Assembly: GCA_965248435.1 (NCBI GenBank)
Contig: OZ252100.1
Location: forward strand, 4,800,001 to 4,864,000
Direction of reading: 5' to 3'
Length of the DNA: 64,000 nt
Source: Candidatus Latescibacterota bacterium
Lineage (GTDB): Bacteria; Latescibacterota; UBA2968; GCA-2709665
Numbering within the stretch: the stretch's first letter is position 1; the number at the start of each line of letters is the position of its first letter. A program made the translations under genes and the position numbers. Of the stretch, positions 59,725-64,000 are shown piece by piece. The notes under the pieces are model-generated. The model made no database searches. It saw only the letters and a list, made by a program, of their open reading frames with translations, and had not been told where the DNA came from.

Positions 59725-61401
59725 CTATTCTGCGATCCTGATGTCGACTTCGAACGCGCTGACAGGCACCCCGATACCCCAGATCTCCAAGACTTCCGGA
59801 TGGATTTCGCCGATGATGCCGTAAGGCGTTCCCGCTTTGCATATTTCGCCGGCGCGCCCCGGGAGAAAACTCGGGTGATCGATGGCGTTGAGGGAATAAT
59901 CCACGCGCAGGAAGTAGGCGAGGGCCTCGAGGTGACTCTGGATGCCGGAGAGGTTGGCCTCTGAGCTCGCCTCGACGGCTGCCAGGCGGACCTGAGTGAG
60001 GCATCCGTAGTCCTCTTCCGGCGCGATGACGGCGACTTCGCCGACCTCGAAGATACGGTGCGGATAGATCGCGCGTCGGCTCACGCTCTCGACGCGAAGC
60101 ATGCCCGGGAGCAGAGAGTTCCTCACTGCGCTATAGGAGTCCGACATCGGATTCTCGATCTCGACGACGGCTTCATCCGGGTTCCGCAGTCTCGTGGTCA
60201 AGTCATCCCGGGCGCAGAGGATCGGAAGGAAGAGCTCCTGGAAGCCGCAGCCGACCATCAATTCCCGAATCCGGTCGGAGAGGTCCTCCTGCGGCGCAGC
60301 CTTGCCGATCGTGAAATCCTGCAGAGGCTCCGGGCCGATGGTGTCATAGCCCACGGCGACGGCGACATCTTCGATCAGGTCAACGGGATGCAGGATGTCG
60401 TCCCGGTAGGGGGCCGGCCGGGCCCGGATCACTTTCTGCTCCACGACAACATCCTGGTAACCCATCGCGTTCAGGGCGTCCTCAATCTTGTCGGCGCCCA
60501 ATTCGATGCCCAAGACCTTTCGGACTTCCTCCATGGCGACCTGGATTGGCTCCGTCAGGTCGAACGGGCTTTGAATCTCTCGTCCACGAGGCGTGTCGTA
60601 AGGATAAGTGACTCTTACGGGATGGATTCTACCTCCCCGGTCTGCCATGTTGACGGCCATTATCGTGCAGCTCAGCAGGACGGCATCGAGCACGGTTCCG
60701 GTCGCCTCACAAAGCAGGAACGAGTCACACGCCTGGACTCGCCCGAGCGTCTGGCTGTTGATGATCGGCGGCATGGAGAGGACCTCGCCCCCCGAGTCCC
60801 GAAGCAGCGGAAACTTCTCAAGACCTTCCAGGAGGTGCGCGTAGGTCCTGCCCGTAGGGTGTTCTCTGAGGATCTGGTTCAGATCCATTTCCACTTCGGT
60901 TTCGAGGGGGATGAACCGTGTGGAAGCCGGATCGACAGCTTCGTAGTGCACCGGGAAGACGATCCCGGAGGCGTCGTAGATCCCGATGGCAACCGTCTGG
61001 CGGCCGCGACCGTAGTTGTCGGTCAATCTTTCCTGCGCCTCGATGAGCTGTTCCAGGGCCGCATCGTTGATCTGGATGTCCTGGCAGACGAATGCGGCCA
61101 CGTAGGGGCGTATCGATTCGATGTTGCCATCTACCCGAATTTCGCGATCGGTAGAGGTCGCTTCAAAGAACGCGTAAGTGTCGTGACGTCCCAGCCGGTA
61201 TCCACGAAGCAGCCTGGCGATCCCTTCCGAGGACCAGAGGTCCGGTCGGTTCGTATCTTTGAGCTGAATCCGGAGCCGGTCTTCGTCCTCCGGCGATACT
61301 TCTGCCTTGGCGACCTCGAGTGCGGATGCAAGGGCACTCAGATCGTAGGTCTGTCCGGCGAGGGTTTCCAGGTCCTGTTTGACGACGCTGATCGTTGGCA
61401 T
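59725..61401 (-). CDS. pheT: Phenylalanine--tRNA ligase beta subunit, short archaeal/eukaryal-type
   Basis: 558 aa; MPTI, NRPDLWSSEGIAR, SMPPIINS, DILHPVDLIEDVA; no OB tRNA-binding or C-terminal anticodon domain. Confidence 0.92.
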   Translation of the reverse strand: MPTISVVKQDLETLAGQTYDLSALASALEVAKAEVSPEDEDRLRIQLKDTNRPDLWSSEGIARLLRGYRLGRHDTYAFFEATSTDREIRVDGNIESIRPYVAAFVCQDIQINDAALEQLIEAQERLTDNYGRGRQTVAIGIYDASGIVFPVHYEAVDPASTRFIPLETEVEMDLNQILREHPTGRTYAHLLEGLEKFPLLRDSGGEVLSMPPIINSQTLGRVQACDSFLLCEATGTVLDAVLLSCTIMAVNMADRGGRIHPVRVTYPYDTPRGREIQSPFDLTEPIQVAMEEVRKVLGIELGADKIEDALNAMGYQDVVVEQKVIRARPAPYRDDILHPVDLIEDVAVAVGYDTIGPEPLQDFTIGKAAPQEDLSDRIRELMVGCGFQELFLPILCARDDLTTRLRNPDEAVVEIENPMSDSYSAVRNSLLPGMLRVESVSRRAIYPHRIFEVGEVAVIAPEEDYGCLTQVRLAAVEASSEANLSGIQSHLEALAYFLRVDYSLNAIDHPSFLPGRAGEICKAGTPYGIIGEIHPEVLEIWGIGVPVSAFEVDIRIAE

Positions 61402-61406
61402 TTCGC

Positions 61407-62972
61407 CTATCTCTCGTTTCGGACGAAGTCCAGATCGGCACTGAAGAGGTCGCGGATATCGTCTATGCCCAGAGCGACCATGGCCATCCGATCCACGCCG
61501 AGGCCCCACGCGATCACGGGGACGTCGACGCCGAGCGGCTGTGTCACCTCTGGACGAAAGAGCCCGGCACCGCCAAGCTCCACCCAGCCCAGGGTTGGAT
61601 GTTTGGCCTGAAGCTCCACGGAGGGCTCGGTGAAGGGAAAATAGTCCGGGAGATATCGTACCCCTTCGGCCTGCGCGATCTCGAGCGCGAAGAGATCGAG
61701 TAGGCCCAGCAAACTCCGAAAGTTGATCGAGTCGCCGATGACGATTCCCTCTACCTGGATGAAATCGGCGGAGTGTGTCGCGTCGACGTCGTCGGGGCGG
61801 AAGCAGCGGGCGATCGCGAAATATTTTCCAGGGATGTTCGGAGAGGAGGCCAGAGTGCGGGCGGAAAGCGCGGTGCCCTGCGTGCGCAGGATCAGCCTAC
61901 GGGAGCGATCGGGATCGAATGGGTATCGCCACCCTCGCGATCCGGTTTTTCCACCGTTCGCGTGGACGTTTCCGACGTCTGTAAAGAAGGGCTCTTCCGA
62001 GCGGCGGGAGCGTTCGGGCTGCTTGACGTAGTATGCGTCGTGGATATTCCTCGCCGCGTGGAACTGAGGCATAAAGAGGGCGTCCATGTTCCAGAATTCT
62101 GTTTCGACAAGCGGCCCTTTCATCTCTTCGAAACCGAGCGAGAGCAGCTTTCGACGGACGCTGTCCAGGTAGGCCCTGTAGGCGTGGGTCCTCCCGACCA
62201 GGATTCGAGGCGGTTTGATGGAGAGGTCGTAGCGGCGGAAGGAGAGGTCCTTCCAGGCCCCGTCTTTCAGCATGTCGGGATTGACCTGTGAGACCTCATC
62301 GCCGGTGAGATTGGCGTCGAGAAGCGCGGCCAGGGTCTTGAGACCTCCATCCGTAAGACGGTAGGATCGTTCGACACGCTCTTCCAGGCGCACCGGACCC
62401 TTCGCCTTTCCCCGCTTCCTGGCGTGGGCGGCGATGTATTCCTGGATCTCCTCGGAAAACGCGCCGACGTCGAGTCCTTCGTCCTCCTTCCGAAGCCTCC
62501 CGAAGAGATCTGCCTTCAGGCGATCCAGGTAGAACGCTGCCTTTCCCTCGTCCGAAATCTGTATCGCCTCTCCCTCGAGTCGAATCACCCCGTCCTTCTT
62601 GAGCGTGCCGAAGGCACTCCCCCAATCGCTCCTGTCGAAGCGGGTATCCTGCTGGAGTTCCTTGAGGGATGGGGGGGGTCTCTCGCCGGCTCGTGTGAGG
62701 AGTGCGGATTCGGGCGTGGCTCCCTTTTCCGCATAATCGACCCCGACTTCGGTCAGCAGAACGGTGGTCTGCTCTCTCTCCTCAGTCGTTTCGATGATTC
62801 CTTTTGAGAGCAGCCACTGGATGGCACGACGGTGCTGAGCAGGATCGAGATGTGTAGCTTCCAGCATTTCTGGGTCGGAAAGCACGGAGCTTTCCCTGCC
62901 TGCGAATGCACGAAGGGTTTGGATCTCGAGCGCGTGCAGGGAAGACAGGTCACTGTTCATTTCTTGCGTCAC
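61407..62972 (-). CDS. pheS: Phenylalanine--tRNA ligase alpha subunit, long archaeal/eukaryal-type
   Basis: 521 aa; FWNMDALFMPQFHAAR, LRTQGT, YFPFTEPS, GAGLFRPE, AWGLGVDR. Confidence 0.92.
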   Translation of the reverse strand: MTQEMNSDLSSLHALEIQTLRAFAGRESSVLSDPEMLEATHLDPAQHRRAIQWLLSKGIIETTEEREQTTVLLTEVGVDYAEKGATPESALLTRAGERPPPSLKELQQDTRFDRSDWGSAFGTLKKDGVIRLEGEAIQISDEGKAAFYLDRLKADLFGRLRKEDEGLDVGAFSEEIQEYIAAHARKRGKAKGPVRLEERVERSYRLTDGGLKTLAALLDANLTGDEVSQVNPDMLKDGAWKDLSFRRYDLSIKPPRILVGRTHAYRAYLDSVRRKLLSLGFEEMKGPLVETEFWNMDALFMPQFHAARNIHDAYYVKQPERSRRSEEPFFTDVGNVHANGGKTGSRGWRYPFDPDRSRRLILRTQGTALSARTLASSPNIPGKYFAIARCFRPDDVDATHSADFIQVEGIVIGDSINFRSLLGLLDLFALEIAQAEGVRYLPDYFPFTEPSVELQAKHPTLGWVELGGAGLFRPEVTQPLGVDVPVIAWGLGVDRMAMVALGIDDIRDLFSADLDFVRNER

Positions 62973-62993
62973 TCTGAACTCTCCGTTGAGTAC

Positions 62994-63272
62994 AAAAAGG
63001 CCCTCTCATCCTTAGGGACGAAAGGGCGTATGCCTTCCGCGGTACCACCCTATTTGCGTCCGAACAGGACGCCGCTTAGCGGACAGCTATCACTGCCCCT
63101 CTTCTTCACGGAACGAGAAACCGGCGCGGCCTACTGCTCACCGTATCGGGAGGTTCAGCGTTGCAGCTCGGGAGGGAACTTCGGCCTGCCTGCCTCAGTA
63201 GGCGTTCTCAACCCGGGAAGCCCCCTCTCTGTGCGGCTGGTTTCCGCCTACGTTTCTCCGTCAAGGCTTTGT
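62994..63272 (-). ncRNA. Phe T-box riboswitch
   Basis: Stem I CAGAGA/GGTTGAGA; specifier TTC at 63178-63176; AATAGGGTGGTACCGCG at 63054-63038; terminator GCCCTTTCGTCC..GGATGAGAGGGC-CTTTTT. Confidence 0.92.
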
Positions 63273-63275
63273 TAT

Positions 63276-63304
63276 ACTATATGTTACGACGGTATTGGAG
63301 TCAA
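63276..63304 (-). promoter_or_regulatory. Sigma70 promoter of the T-box/pheST operon
   Basis: TTGACT-N17-TATAGT. Confidence 0.75.
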
Positions 63305-63330
63305 GAGAAAAGCGAAAAGATGCGGCGGGG

Positions 63331-63975
63331 CTATTCGTCATCCTTGAATTCGATCGACCAATGAGACCCATCGCAGAACGGTTTGTTCTTGGACGCGCCG
63401 CATCGGCAGAGGGTAGACTGCTCGCCGGATACACCTTCAGCGCTCGGGACGTCCGTTAATTCAACGCCTCCGATAACGTGATAAGGACCGTCTTTGGTCA
63501 CAGTAACCATCGGACCCCGGTCAGGGTCTCCCGGCTCCACACCTTCAATCGAGTAGCTCAGGGCACCAGACGGGCACTTTCGAATCGTTTCGATGATGAT
63601 CTCCGCCTCCGCGCCATCCGGATCTATCCAGGGTTCCTGCTTCATCCTGAATACCGAGGCCAGGTTGTCGGTGCAAAATCCAGCGTGCGCGCAAATGCCC
63701 CGATTGTCGTGAATCGTTATTCCCTTGCCCACAAAATTGTCACGTTTGTCTTCGCTGCCGTCCCCTTCCTTTTCTCCGGAAAAGCCGATCTTGGAGTGTG
63801 TTCCGTCACAGAACGGCTTGTTGGATGATTTTCCGCAGCGACACAAAGCAATAACAGGCTTCGTGGAGATGCTGTTGCCCTCTGAGTCGCGGAACTGACC
63901 CAGGTTCTTTACCAGATATGGGCCGTTGGGCGCACACTGGATAACAGGAGCTTGACCTTTATCGTCTGAATTCAC
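63331..63975 (-). CDS. CDGSH iron-sulfur domain protein (CDGSH-Fer4_19-CDGSH)
   Basis: CRCGKSSNKPFCDGTH; CAHAGFC..CPSGAL; CRCGASKNKPFCDGSH. Confidence 0.9.
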   Translation of the reverse strand: MNSDDKGQAPVIQCAPNGPYLVKNLGQFRDSEGNSISTKPVIALCRCGKSSNKPFCDGTHSKIGFSGEKEGDGSEDKRDNFVGKGITIHDNRGICAHAGFCTDNLASVFRMKQEPWIDPDGAEAEIIIETIRKCPSGALSYSIEGVEPGDPDRGPMVTVTKDGPYHVIGGVELTDVPSAEGVSGEQSTLCRCGASKNKPFCDGSHWSIEFKDDE

Positions 63976-64000
63976 ACTCTCCTCCTCAGCGATTCAAGTG

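Noticed and set aside
60058-61611. 517-aa + strand ORF (and similar long antisense ORFs such as 33701-34546, 53461-54381, 31329-32291)
   Set aside because: Shadow ORFs opposite well-supported genes in GC-rich DNA, with no recognisable motifs

Overview
GC-rich chromosomal window from a diderm bacterium. It has a TonB receptor, and the dockerin-like DFDGDG tail, DUF5069-like protein and many PhyH/Gfo-Idh-MocA/sulfatase genes suggest a Latescibacterota-like lineage (inference only). Core content: a TPP-riboswitch thiO-thiS-thiG-(tenI/thiE)-thiD-thiE operon, a TPP-controlled TonB receptor, infA, ilvB with a probable Val-rich attenuator, aguB-aguA, an ECF sigma/anti-sigma/Spy-like operon, a multi-PAS hybrid kinase, and an archaeal-type pheST under a Phe T-box. 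The most notable part is an accessory island at about 33-44.4 kb. A tyrosine recombinase (no IntI patch) plus IS91-type Y2/HUH transposase unit, bounded by 18-bp inverted ends finishing in GTTCAAC, heads a co-oriented array of integron-like cassettes (pepE, SnoaL-like, methyltransferase). The cassettes are separated by attC-like hairpins of a shared non-canonical geometry, and no IntI is present in the window. This is a candidate IntI-independent cassette capture/mobilisation system. Several candidate ncRNAs/leaders, a 9x22-bp array and heptamer palindromic repeats are also present. All calls were made by eye, without database searches.
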